A DNA stretch of 64,000 nucleotides, taken from NCBI GenBank assembly GCA_964016885.1, contig OZ024750.1:2046001-2110000 (forward strand), written 5' to 3'. Positions within the stretch are counted from its first letter, which is position 1. Every line of letters begins with the position of its first letter. Both the position numbers and the translations under genes were made by a program. This document shows positions 27,647 to 40,882 of this stretch, piece after piece. The notes below the pieces were generated by a model. It did no database searches. It saw nothing but the letters and a program-made list of their open reading frames with translations, and had not been told where the DNA came from. This DNA comes from Eledone cirrhosa (taxonomy: Eukaryota).

Positions 27647-29724
27647 TTAAATAATACCCTACAGTTTTAATGAATGAAGTATACATTAGACTAGTCAGGA
27701 AGAGAAGGGCACTGCCAGTGAGAAATTTTAGACCTTTGCTAATTTATGGGTGAGTAAGTGGGTGGGAAAACGAGAGGAAGGTTTCCTAACCCAAGGCTTA
27801 CAACAGAGTAGATTCTACTAAAGACATTGAATGACTAGGTGATGGTGTTATACTGTATGATAAATTAAGTCTACTACTCAAGTAAGCCACAGTAGGATTT
27901 GAACTCTGAATACAAAGAACTGGAACAAAATTCTTTCTCGGAAGACAGCAAATTGACAAATAAGAGTTGTTAAGGTATCAGATTAAAAATGCCTCTTTAT
28001 TTGTTTTGGTTCACTGCTTGCTTTGGGTTTAAATCCCACTGAGATACCTTTGCCTTTCATCCTTCTGAGGTTGATAAATAAAGTACCAGTCTCTAGTATT
28101 AGAGTTAATTCTCTCTCTCTCTCAAATCGACTGTGTTCTGATCTGTAGTCAAATATGCACCACCAGGTTTTAAACTGCCCAAGTGTGTCAAGACAACATC
28201 ACTACAACTCCATTAAGAAGGAGTTAAGGGACCTTTTACTTTACCTCGGCCATCTTTGTTTTCAATTTACTATGTAGGTACACCATTGTTTGCTCAATTA
28301 AACATTGTGCTGTTTGATTGCTTTAAAGTTATGATTAAAATTTTGCCTCATTTCGTCAGTGAGCCTAATTAAACAAACCTTTGATCAAAAGCATTCCAGC
28401 TGTGACTAACTAAATGGTAGAGTTGTTAAAGCATTAGACCATATGTACTAGTCTCAATATTGTAACCTGCTTCAGATAATTTCATTTTGGGTGAGTTCTA
28501 TTTAACAAACTAACATGTCTTCCTTTTTTCTGCATCACTGTCTATTCTTAATATTTACTGCAAGAAGAAGATTATCCATGAAAAACACTCTACATCCTTA
28601 TGTATACCCTGATGTAGCAAAACATCAGAGGCTATCTGTTCTTCTGCCTTGTATACCCCATTTCTCTATGATATTTCCACAAAGACAAAAGTCACTGCTT
28701 TAAATAGTAACAACCATCTTTAACACTTAACCTCCTGTACCAGGAGCAAGATATCAAAAAGCTCAAAACAACACTATGACTGCATCACATTAACAAAGAA
28801 TGGCTTTATTATAATTCAGCAAATTTACATAACATTGTCTCCACTGGTAAAAATATTACAAATATTTATATCAACAAACCCGTTTTTAGATATTTTCGGC
28901 TACATCATCACAGGATGTTAAGAGTTAATTTGAGCAAATACAAAAAACTCCTGGTGAACATATTTAGGCTGCGACTGCACCTCAACCCAATAACCTACTT
29001 GTATTGATAACTTCATCATTTCTCTCTCATTAGGAGCAGATATAAATATATATTTTATCCCCTCCTCAAGCCAAGTTTTATTTAAGGTACTGTTATCTTC
29101 CTTCTCTGCTTCAGACTATCACTTCCAACTAAATCATTTCATATGTTGCCAACAGCTTATCCATCACCCATTCTACTTTTAATTGTATGTATCGTCATCA
29201 TCATCATCATGACCGTCATCATCACCCCCATCACCATCGCCACCACCGCCATCACCACCGTCATCGCCATCACCGTCACTGTCATTATCATGATTATCGT
29301 CATCATTGTTACCGTCATCATATCATCATTACCATCATCGTCATTATTTTACGTCAATATTTCTGTTGTGGCGTGGATTTCACAGGTCTGTTCCAGTACT
29401 CAGCCTCACTACAGTCCTTCGTCATCTGATACACCCAACAACCACGAACGTTGCCAATCTTTCTTCTATCTTACCATTTTCTTTTGTTTCTTTATTATTA
29501 TTTCTTCTTTTTCATCAATTTCAGTGCTAAACAGCTTTTAACTTATATATACCTCAAAACATATCTATCTATCTCTCTCTCTCTATATATATAGATATGT
29601 ATATATATATATATATATATATAGATGATGATGATGATTACATACGATCGAAGTTGTATTTTAAACAATGGTAAAATATTTACCATACACTTACTGGGAA
29701 AGACTCATTCTCTCTTATACATAC

Positions 29725-29755
<31 letters not shown>

Positions 29756-29882
29756 CATACGTACATACATATATATATATACGGCTCTGCTCCAAAGCAT
29801 AGAGCTAATTATTATGCTGCCAATACCTTAATGGGACAAGGGTATACAATACCTAACTCCTATTAACCTAAGTATTACATAC

Positions 29883-29914
<32 letters not shown>

Positions 29915-30407
29915 ACACCACGTCCGAACACAAAAGGACCAAACTCCCACTTCTACTGTCACTGCCTCCATTTCTCCTGCTCTCCCCACATCTCACTACT
30001 GTGAGCAAATGGGGGCCCTACAGGTGGCAGAACAGAGAAGGTTTTTCCCCAGAGGATGGTGAGGGAGACGTACTGGAAGAACCATTGAAGCTGGCGAGGC
30101 TCACACCGGCAGGTAGCCAACTCTGTGTCAATGGTGGTGAGCAGGGAGGTGGTCCTAGGACCAAGGACACCAAGAGTATAGAGTTCTCACAATGTAATGA
30201 AATCAATATCAAAATCCAAGTATTATGTATCCTCATAAAAACTCATGAATCATTAAACTTAAGATCTGATAACTGAAAACTAAACAACACATCACAATCT
30301 CTCAATATGTTTAACTATCATCATAATACCTTTTACATAAGTGACACTGCGTCTAGAAGTTTAGACTGAGTTTTGTCTGAGCAGAGTTCAACATTACTTT
30401 ACACATG

Positions 30408-30467
<60 letters not shown>

Positions 30468-31517
30468 CTCTCTCTCTCTCTGTGTCTTTTAAGTGTCTTA
30501 AGTATATTCCCTCTTAAAGTATTGTTCTATATCATCACCGACAAGATTTTAGACTTTTTTTAGATCTTTATTAGAACTGTGTCACTCTCCAACAATGTTA
30601 AAATAAAGTTAGCTGCATTATATCATCTAGATATTTTTATTGATCATTCTAAGAGGGCTGAAAAAGAGCATAGGTTCTTCATTTACTAATCAGACTTATG
30701 AAAACAGTGAATTTAACAGCAGATTCTACTCAGGCAAATATTGAACATCATCTATCATCCATCCATTACAAATTCTCTGTAGTTACTGACCCACTGTTGA
30801 TCTATGAATAGTCATTTTTCTTTTCATACTAACACTATGTAATTCTAGCTATTTTTTCACAAACATTTTACCTAATATCAAATTCGTTCAAACATACTTG
30901 TCACATTTGTTGAACATCTGTATTACAATTTCTAGATACCATACAATTTGTTTATCCTGTTTTACATATTTTTAGATCTGTAAGATTATATATCACATCA
31001 CCATCACTACTTTCTTTGTCTTCTCACAAACAATAACCTAAAATGAAGCTAAATATTAGCATCAGCCCCACCGCCTGATCAACCTTCAATTCAAATATGG
31101 CGAGAAAAGGGGTCCTTTATCAGATATCAGACAATAAACCCACTTCAAGCTAAACAGTTCTGAACTGCTATTATCAATCAATCTTTAAAGTATACAGCCC
31201 TGTTGATAATAAATAATATTTTGACTCTATAAACATTTAGTCGATTATCACCATCACCATCATCGTCATTATCATCATCATCATCACCATTATCATCATC
31301 ATCATCATCATCATCTTCGTTGTTTAATGACCACTTTCCATGCTAGCATGGGTTAGATAGACATCAATATTTATTTTTAAACCTGGCACAAATTTTATCT
31401 CTCTCTATATTGTTCCATGGGTCATAAACAGTAAACATAAACACAAACAAGGACACACATACATGTATACATACATACATACACATACAAAAACACACCG
31501 ACTCATATACAGCAAGC

Positions 31518-31548
<31 letters not shown>

Positions 31549-31984
31549 ACTTATAAATACATACATATATATCAATATCATCATCATCAGCACTATTTAA
31601 CATCTATATTCCAAGCTTTCAGAGGTTAACTGGGTTGTCACTTTATGAAGCTATCCAGATTAGATGAGCATGTTTTGCTCATACAGATCTATTTTTGGCT
31701 TGGTTTCTATGGCCAGATGCCCTTCCTAGTGACCAGTCTGGCCTCAGCACCTGACAACCGTCTAACCCATGCAAGCTAAGAAAATAGACATTAAATGATG
31801 AGGATGATGATTATATATATATATATTTTTTTTAATTATTATTATTACACTCTGCTTACTGGAAACTATGCATTGAGTGCTACAGTAAGTGGGTGTTACA
31901 ATCCCTATATATATATATATATATATCATCATCATCATCATCTTTGTTTAACATCTATCTTCCACGCTAGCATGGGTTAGACGG

Positions 31985-32015
<31 letters not shown>

Positions 32016-32223
32016 TCGGTTATATATATATATATAACTGATGCTAGCATGGAAAAATAGATGTAAAAGGTAAAATAAATATGGTTTTATAAATATAGTT
32101 TCCATTTGTTTAATATCATTGAATTATATATATATATCGGTTTCAACACACGTTTTCAGATAAAGAATCTTGCTAAACAAATTCAGAAACGAAATATATA
32201 TATATTATTTCTCATTATATGTA

Positions 32224-32413
32224 TGGTGTGGATTGGCAGTATCGGTAGAGGGTCGGACGCCATGCTTTCTAGCATAGTTACGTCCCTTTACAGTCTGAGT
32301 TCAAATCCCGCCGAGGTTAACTTTGCCTTTCATCCTTACGGGGTCGATAAAATAAAGTACCAGTAATGTACTGGGTAATTGCTGGCCTTGTTTCTAAAGT
32401 AGAAACAATTATT
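32224..32413 (+). mobile_element. tRNA-derived SINE (family A, short variant)
   Basis: Near-identical to the copies at 1891 and 50289. Confidence 0.9.
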
Positions 32414-33033
32414 ATATGTATGTAGATATTCTAGCTATCTCTCAACTAGATATGTTTCATTGAGTTTATATTAATCCTATACTCTGGATTTGACTTGTTG
32501 AGTGACTTTATCATTATATGTTTTATATGTATATCAATAATATTAATAAGTGGAAAATATCTTTATAAAACCATATTTATAAAGATAAAGATATTTTCCA
32601 TTTATTGATATTATTGATATTAATGATTCTCCAGAAAAAACTGTTGAGTGCTTCTAATCTGTTGTAAAATTAACTTTGTTGAATAATCAACAAACCAAAT
32701 AACTTATTGTTTGTTTTATATGTATAGATTTAATCTATCCAGCCATGCGGTATCTGCCTTCTGGAAGATATCAGTTTATTATCTTCCTTTGGTAGTGGAT
32801 TATCTATTGTAGTGAGATATATATATATAGTAAGACCTTAAACATTGATCATTGATGTTCCTTGGTTTTGATAAACTTTATTAATGAGATTGGTGATTGG
32901 TGATTGAACCCGATCAGTAGATTGGTTATAAACATTGTATTCTGAAATTTATGAAACGGTTGTATAAGTAAACTTTAGACTATTTTGAATTGATTCTTTC
33001 TATGAGTGAGGACATTTATTATTATCATTACAA

Positions 33034-33254
33034 AGGGGGTGAATTGGCAGTATCGGTAGAGGGTTGGACGACATGCTTTGTAACACGGAGTTACGGCCCT
33101 TTACGGTTTGAGTTCAAATCCCGTCGAGGTTAACTTTGCCTTTCATCCTTACGTGGTTGATAAACTAAAGTACCAGTAATGCACTGGGGTCGATTTAATC
33201 AACTTTCCCCCCTCCCCCAAAATTGCTGGCCTTGTGCCTATATAAGAAACGATT
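33034..33254 (+). mobile_element. tRNA-derived SINE (family A, long variant)
   Basis: A box, B box, core, GGGGTCGATTTAATCAACTTTCCCCC segment and tail. Confidence 0.9.
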
Positions 33255-33423
33255 ATATGTACAGAATAGTAGTTGTTTCTCAACTAGATATATGAAAGAG
33301 ACTTTGTTGTATATCGTTTGAATTTGTATAAATTATGTTCTGTACTACAGGTTCATTGAGCTTCCTTTGTTGAATAACTTAATCGATATACATTAGATAT
33401 GTATAGATTTAAACTTATTATAG

Positions 33424-33455
<32 letters not shown>

Positions 33456-34759
33456 CAAAGGTTATTTGGTAATGTTTATTAATTACTGTAGACAATTAAT
33501 ACTACTAGTTCAACAGGGTTATTCCAATAGAAGGTGTGTTATATGCATGTAGTCAGCAGAATATTCACATTATGTATGAGAGAACGAAGTTTCACTTTAA
33601 ATCATTTTTATTCATGTGATTTGCAGATGATCAGCTCCAGGTCTTAATCATTACAATAGACTTGACTCAAGGTTTGATCTGCTCATCAGGTGTGCCCTTA
33701 ACTGGGTGGAAATATTTTGATTCAAATCAACACATTTGATGAGCAGATCAAAACAGGAGTCATTTCTATCGTATCGAAACATGCAAAACATTCTGATAGA
33801 TTTTGATTTGTCACTACACACTTTATAAACCATGAAGAAAAAGGGACCTTAACTCCTGATGGAGTCATAGAGGCACCATCCTGACACCTGACATGTCTTT
33901 GGCATTTTAAACCTGGCAGAGTTCATCTCTCTCTAAACACAACAAATTTCTTACAGAGCGAGAGATAAGATATAGAGGAAACATTGATCCCAATACTGAG
34001 CTGGTAATTTATTTATCAACCCTGAAAGATAGTTAAACTTGGTGGGATTTGAACTCAGAGTCTAGTAAACCATAACAAATACCAATGCCTTTTTTTTATC
34101 CACAATCCTAATTACTTTACCAATTCACTGCTTTCTTGATTATATTACTCCTGATATTTCTACTGCTATTTGCTACATGTTTCTTATCATAAATAACTTT
34201 CTTCTTTTTCCATCTCTTATCTGTTTTTACAGTCTTCCCAAACATATCTTCACTATTTACTGGCTTTTTGTATTTTTTGCTCATGTTAATCTCTTAATTT
34301 TATGTTAATTATCTCCATGAGAATTTATTTCTATCGTTATCATCCCTCCTCCTCTATAAATTACCAATGGCACTAACACAGCATCATTCAGAATAAAGGT
34401 GTATATGAACCCATATATGATATGTCTGTGTTGCCTTGCTGTGAGTATTTAAGCTATGAACGTGTTGGTCAAGATATTGTTTGCCATACTTAAGCATCTA
34501 TCCATGGGTAGATAAATGTGTGGGGATGATTTGAACTGTATTCATCACTCCTACCCCGGTTGTACAGGTAGCTGAGTTATGTTCACAGCTTAAATATTCA
34601 TAGGGTCTCTTGAGGTATGTTTAATGTGCATAAACATGTGGTTTATTTATTCCATTATGAGAAACACATACACACATACATACATTGTGGTTGACGTTAG
34701 GAAGGGCATCCAGCCGTAGAAACCTAGCCAGAAAGTCCTGTATGAGTAAGACACGGTCA

Positions 34760-35400
34760 TCTGACCCCTTCCAGTAGGTCCTGTCAGAAGCAACTGTCTC
34801 CAACTGATCCGGGTGGATCTCCAGGTGAGACCAGCCAAGCTCATGGATGTTATCCAACCATCTTGTCTATCTTGTCTATCCCTGGGTCTCTTGCATGTTG
34901 GTTTTGCCTGTCACATCTGTAGGTCAGATATTGGAGTGTTTCGATGGTCTATCCCTGGGTATCTTTCCTGGTTTTGCCTGTCACATCTGTAGGTCAGATA
35001 TTGGAGTGTTTCGATGGTCTATCCCTGGGTATCTTTCCTGGTTTTGACTGTCACATCTGTAGGTCAGATATTGGAGTGTTTCGATGGTCTATCCCTGGGT
35101 ATCTTTCCTGGTTTTGACTGTCACATCTGTAGGTCAGATATTGGAGTGTTTCGATGGTCTATCCCTGGGTATCTTTCCTGGTTTTGACTGTCACATCTGT
35201 AGGTCAGATATTGGAGTGTTTCGATGGTCTATCCCTGGGTATCTTTCCTGGTTTTGACTGTCACATCTGTAGGTCAGATGTTAGAGTGTGTCAATGAATA
35301 ACTCCATGCCAACCAGTCAAGTATGTCTCCTATCGATGTCTATGTGACTTATTTAAGTCAGCTTTATCACTCAAAGATATCAGGTCAATATCAATAACAC
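34760..35400 (-). pseudogene. Degenerate LINE 3' end (RTE-like) containing a 70-bp tandem repeat
   Basis: W.DNIHEL..LEI...LETVASDRTYWK resembles an RTE C-terminus; the array occupies the R-G-R-P region. Confidence 0.45.
34876..35295. repeat. 70-bp minisatellite, ~6 copies
   Basis: GTTTTG(C/A)CTG recurring at 34901, 34971, 35041, 35111, 35181, 35251. Confidence 0.95.
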
Positions 35401-36593
35401 TTTTGTCCTAATCTGTGGATCTTTATTCCTCAGAATCATTCAATATCTTCAGAACAGTTTTCCTTATATGATATCCCAACTCACCCAAGCAGCTGTCGTT
35501 TTTCCCATCACAAACTATTTCTGTTCTGTATTTCTTTCTTCATATTTTTTATTGTTTCTTTCTTGTTGTTGTTGTTCTTGTTATTCTCTTCCATGTTTAC
35601 CTTTTGTTCATCTTTCTTTCATCTCTTTGTCTCTTTCTAATTTCCTCTTCTTTTCATTTTCTTCTCTTTATTCTATATCTATTATCTCATCTCTTTTATT
35701 TTTTCCTTCTATTTCCATTTTTATTTCCCCTGCTATCTAAGCAATTGTTAACTATTTTTTCATTCATTAAATCATCTTGTTACTCATTATATAATTACAT
35801 GTGAAGTTTTGAATTGCAGGGGAAAGAATCAGAAATAAATTTATCTACAAAACTACGAACATTTTATCTTTTACATATGTGCCAAGGGCTGTATGCCAAA
35901 AATCTAAAATAGTGTGTATACTTGTGCAGCCAAATGGAAATGTATATTACTTCCCATATACCTTTCAAAACAATATTGTATTTTAAATTCTGTTCTATTT
36001 CAACAAGACTCTACTGGAAATAATTTTTTTTTTAAATTGTGAAATGAAATCAAAACTAAAATATCATCATCATCATTATCATTATCACCATCATTGTTTT
36101 AATGACTACCTTCCCTGCAAGCAAGGGTTGGACAGGTCTACATAGACCAAGTCAATACTGAAGCAGGGTTACTGATCTCCCAGACAGGTCAGGGATCTGT
36201 GTCTCACTTATGTAGGGTCTCATGTCCTACTGAGTGTACAGGAGAGGCTGTCATGTCTTTCACACAACTGAGGGTCCTCTTCAATCCTTTTTTTGGCAAG
36301 ATTTCTACAGAGTGAAATCAGTAGCTGGAAAGTGTATGAATCCCTTCATAGATCAATAGATCAATAGATCATCATAATCATCACCACCTGCAATGCTTTG
36401 TTGTTAATGCACACTAACATTGCACATTCACCATAACATGCACCTCCCTCTCTCTCTCTAGCTGTTGAAACAGCAAGAGCTCAGCTGTCGGGTCACGAGT
36501 CTTTATAATATAACCATACTCTACTACTCCAAGTATCGAGTACTCTGTTGAGTAATGGTCTAACGAGTTTCAAACTGGTTCTATCCTGATTTT

Positions 36594-36750
<157 letters not shown>

Positions 36751-37065
36751 CCACGATTACCATTAACCCTGTACAGATATGCAAGTATAGAGAAGCAGAA
36801 AATGCTAATGTTTTTAACAGACAATGTTTAAATCTAAAGATGTATTGACGTGAGGAATCAGAGCGTAGCATTACATAATGTTACGTAATTGAGGCATGGT
36901 AAACCTGATCACTGCTAAAATAGATGTGTGTAGCAATAATAAACATCTTAAAACAATCACCCTCTATCATATGTATATATGTATGTATATATATATATGT
37001 GTATATATATATGTATATGTATATATGTATATATATATGTATATATATATATGTGTATATGTATT

Positions 37066-40000
37066 ATCATCATCATCATCATCATTTTATGTCCGCTTTT
37101 CCCTGCTTGCAAGGGTGGGACGGGTCTTATTCAGCACAGCATCTCTCCACTCATCACGGTCCCTCATCATCTCCACCGTGAGCTTCAATGATCTGAGGTC
37201 TGTTCTCACCACCTCCGCCCATGTTTTTCGTGGTCTACCTCTACCACGTCTTCCTTCAACTGGCAATTCCTGGCACTTCTTCACCCATCGGTCATCCTCC
37301 ATGCGCATCACATGTCCATACCACCTCAGTCTCCTCTCCCGTACACTACATTCTATCCCTCTCAGACACAGTTTCTCTCTCAACACATTTATGCTGGGTC
37401 GTTCACGCACATTTACACTGCACATCCAACGGAGCATGCTTGCCTCATTTCTCTCCAGCCGTTGCATATCCTCTGCAGTTGCTACCCATGTCTCACTACC
37501 ATGCAGCATCGCGCTCCTCACACAGGCATCATACAACCGGCCTTTCGTACGCAGGGAGAAACCCTTCTTCGTCAACAGAGGAAGCAGCTCCCTAAACTTC
37601 TTCCAACCCGTCCTTATTCTAGATACTATGGCCTCGGAACACCCTCCTCCCATGCTAATCTGATCTCCTAGGTACCGGAAGCTATCCACCACTTCTATAG
37701 CGCCCTCTTGCATTTGAAAAATGTGTCTATCAGTGCGACTTCTACTGTCTAATTTCCCTGTACATCTACTGCATACATATTTCTCCCTCCCTGTTACTTT
37801 GCCTGCTATCCCGCTACATCTCTTGTGTACCCAGGATCTACATTGTGTGCATTTTATAGAATTTATGCCAGTTCCTTTTCTGCATATCGAACATGGCCAT
37901 TTCCCTGACGGAATCAGGGTTTTGTCCTCTTTTCTACTCATCAACACTTTTGTCTTAGCTAGATTCACTCTCAGTCCTCTTGCTTCCAACTGCTGTTTCC
38001 ATAGCCAGAATTTATTCTCTAGTTCCTCTACTGATTCTGCTATAAGAACCAGATCATTAGCATAGAGAAGTTCCCATGGACATGGACAGCCAGTCTTAAA
38101 CTCCTCTGTTATGGCTTGGAGGACTATAATGAACAAGAGCGGGCTGAGGACCGAACCCTGATGTACTCCTACTTGTATCTAGAATTCCTCACTAAACTCC
38201 ATTCCTACCCTGACTTTACTGAGAGTACCTCTGTACAAAGTTTGCACTGTCCTCACAAGCCATTCCTCAAAACCTAGCTTCCTTAGGGACCACCAGATGA
38301 CAGATCGGGGTACCCTATCAAAGGCCTTCTCTAGGTCAACAAAGGCTAAGTATAGTGGCTTATTCTTCTCTAAGAACCTCTCTTGCATTTGTCTCACCAA
38401 GAAGAGGGCATCTGTTGTACTCTTCCCAGGCACAAAACCAAACTGCATCTCATCTAGTTTGACCCTTTCTCTAATTAGTTGTGCTAAAATCCTTTCTGCC
38501 ACTTTCATAACCTGATCTATCAGTTTTATACCCCTATAATTGCTCCTCTCCAAAGCATCCCCTTTACCTTTGTAGCAATTTATGAGAATACTGCTGCACC
38601 AGTCTTTGGGTATGACACCACCATATATAGCCTGATTGATGATGCGTGCAACCAGTTTAGTGCCTACATCCCCTGATGCCTTCAGCATCTCAGCAACTAT
38701 TCCCGATGGTCCGGCCGCCTTACCATTTTTTATTTCCCTAATCGCCTCTTGGACCATATATTCGTCAATCTCAATAGCTGGTCCCTCTGTCGGATCTACC
38801 AAGAGTAATTTCTCTCTCTCCCATTCATTCACCACATTCATCAGTCTCTCATAATGACATTTCCAGGCCTCCTTTTTCTGATCATTCGTGACACTAAGTA
38901 CACCGGCATCATCCCGGACACATTTATCTCCAACAACATCCTGATTTGCATTGACACACTGCCTTGCAATGTGGAACACCGCACGGCTCTGATCTTCCCG
39001 TCGCAGAACATTGGCAAACCTCCTACTCTCTGCCTCCCTGCGTGCTAAGTACACCTGACGTCTAGCTTCTCTCTTAGTGGCTGTATATTCTTCCCTACTC
39101 CCACCCTTTTTCCAAGCCTTCCATGCTAGTCTTTTGTCTCTAATAGCCTTATCTACTGTGCTGTTCCACCACCAGGTCACTCTCTGTCTGGTTGGAGCTC
39201 TGCTCCAGCCACAGGTTTCATCAGTAGCCTGCAGCAAGTTGTCACGTAAGAACTTCCAGTTATTATCTATGTCATACGTCTCTAAATCGTCTTCTTTTTC
39301 ATCATATACATCTTGAAGGGCTTTCCTAAATTTGTATTTTAGTGAAAGGTCTTTTAGCTTCCAGACCTTTCTTCTCCACACCTTCCTATATGTCTCATTC
39401 CATCTCTTGCTTACTGAGATATCACTAACAACTAACCTATGCTGTGGGGTACATTCTTCCCCAGGGTATGCCTTGGTATTAGACACTATCTGCCTGTCCC
39501 GCTGCCTAACTAGCAGGAAGTCAATCTGGCTTATGTGCTCACCAGATTTGTAGGTTATTAGGTGATTGGCAGGTTTCTGGAAGTTTGTGTTGCAAATAGT
39601 CAATGTACTCGCATCACAAAATTCAAGAAGTCTCACTCCTTCTTCATTTCTTGAACCGTAACCGTGCCCACCATGTACCCCAGTGTAACCATCCTGGAGC
39701 TGTCCAACATGACCATTGAAGTCTCCTGCTAGCATAACGATGTCTCCGTCCTCTGTCATTGTGGTTGTTTGCAAAAGTTGCTCATAAAAGCAGTCTTTCT
39801 CGTCTTTGCCTAGGCCTGCTTGGGGAGCATAGACCGAGATGATTGTCAGTAGTCTCCTACCTACAACTAATCTAAGCTTAATTATTCAATTACTAACTCG
39901 AACTACCTCTATTGTCTTATTGATCCATTTCTCAGCCAGGAAAATGCCTACTCCCCCTAACCCATCATCCTTACCTACCCAGAATAGCTTATAGCTAAGA

Positions 40001-40306
40001 CGCTTGCCTACGACTAGTCTCGCAGAGGCACCTCTCCATCTCACCTCTTGCACGCACCACACATCCACCTGCCTTCTCTCCAGCATCTCCGCTATTTCAG
40101 CAGATCTACCTCTGAGAGTGCCAACATTAAGTGTTGCAACTCTGAGATGCGACGTCTTCATATTTTGTTGTTGTTCCTATTTGTTGCTGTGCTGATAAGC
40201 GTTTTGGCATTGATACACTGGTTGGATGCCCTTCCTAACACCAGCGCCACTTTACAGCATGGACTGGGTGCTTTTATTTGTGCCACCAGCACTAGAGAGG
40301 ATGTCT

Positions 40307-40310
<4 letters not shown>
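37066..40310 (-). mobile_element. Near full-length RTE-clade LINE (APE endonuclease + RT + PHD insertion), inactivated
   Basis: One reading frame 40161-37087 broken by in-frame stops at 39886-39888 and 38179-38181; APE motifs LNVGTL, CVQEVRW, GDFNGHVG, SQIDF, QHRLV; RT motifs YRGIKL, QFGF, FVDLEKAFD, VHQGSVLSP; YADD mutated to YAND; (ATG)n tail at 37066-37085; about 150 bp of 5'UTR. Confidence 0.95.
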
Positions 40311-40367
<57 letters not shown>

Positions 40368-40469
40368 CATCAATGGCCAACAAGGATAGCTGACTGTAGA
40401 AATTAATTCACTATTCTCTTTGGTAAGATGAATAAATGATAATTTCATATCCTTAACTTTCTTATAATT

Positions 40470-40511
<42 letters not shown>

Positions 40512-40520
40512 TCGCACACA

Positions 40521-40624
40521 CACAGGGTGTCCCGAAAAATGTATACACACTTCAATAACATTCTAATAAATATTGCCTGTATGGGTAATGAGGTGTGTAT
40601 ACATTTTGGAGGGAACACCCTGTA
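40521..40624. mobile_element. Tc1/mariner-type ~100-bp MITE family M3; a second copy lies at 15624-15726
   Basis: TIR CAGGGTGT.CC..AAAATGTATACAC, TA end. Confidence 0.72.
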
Positions 40625-40882
40625 TATATATATATATATGCATGTTTGTGTGTGTGTATGTGTGTGTAACAATGAACATATTCTACAACACATTGAAGTA
40701 TTGCCAAAGATGGTACCTACACACATTTCTTCACTCTCCTTTATTCATTACTCAAAACATTATCATGCGACCTTTTCAATAAGTTTTTCTCTTGCCACAT
40801 TTCCATTTTTATTGTACGTTGCTACATATGATTCCAAACATGTATATTTACTGTCATATTACTGTATGTGTATATACATTCA

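Noticed and set aside
28500-29120. Possible degenerate Penelope RT on the minus strand
   Set aside because: Only faint motif-like fragments; not distinguishable from chance by eye
33605-33830. Possible internal exon after TTTGCAG (similar acceptors near 1530, 14143 and 17765)
   Set aside because: No convincing donor or coding signal; cannot be supported without transcript data
36896-39553. Plus-strand ORFs overlapping the RTE (also 48234-50138)
   Set aside because: Antisense shadows of the LINE ORF
40200-40310. HDV-like ribozyme in the RTE 5'UTR
   Set aside because: Known in some RTEs, but I could not build the nested double pseudoknot, and the 5' end may be truncated at the (TA)n tract
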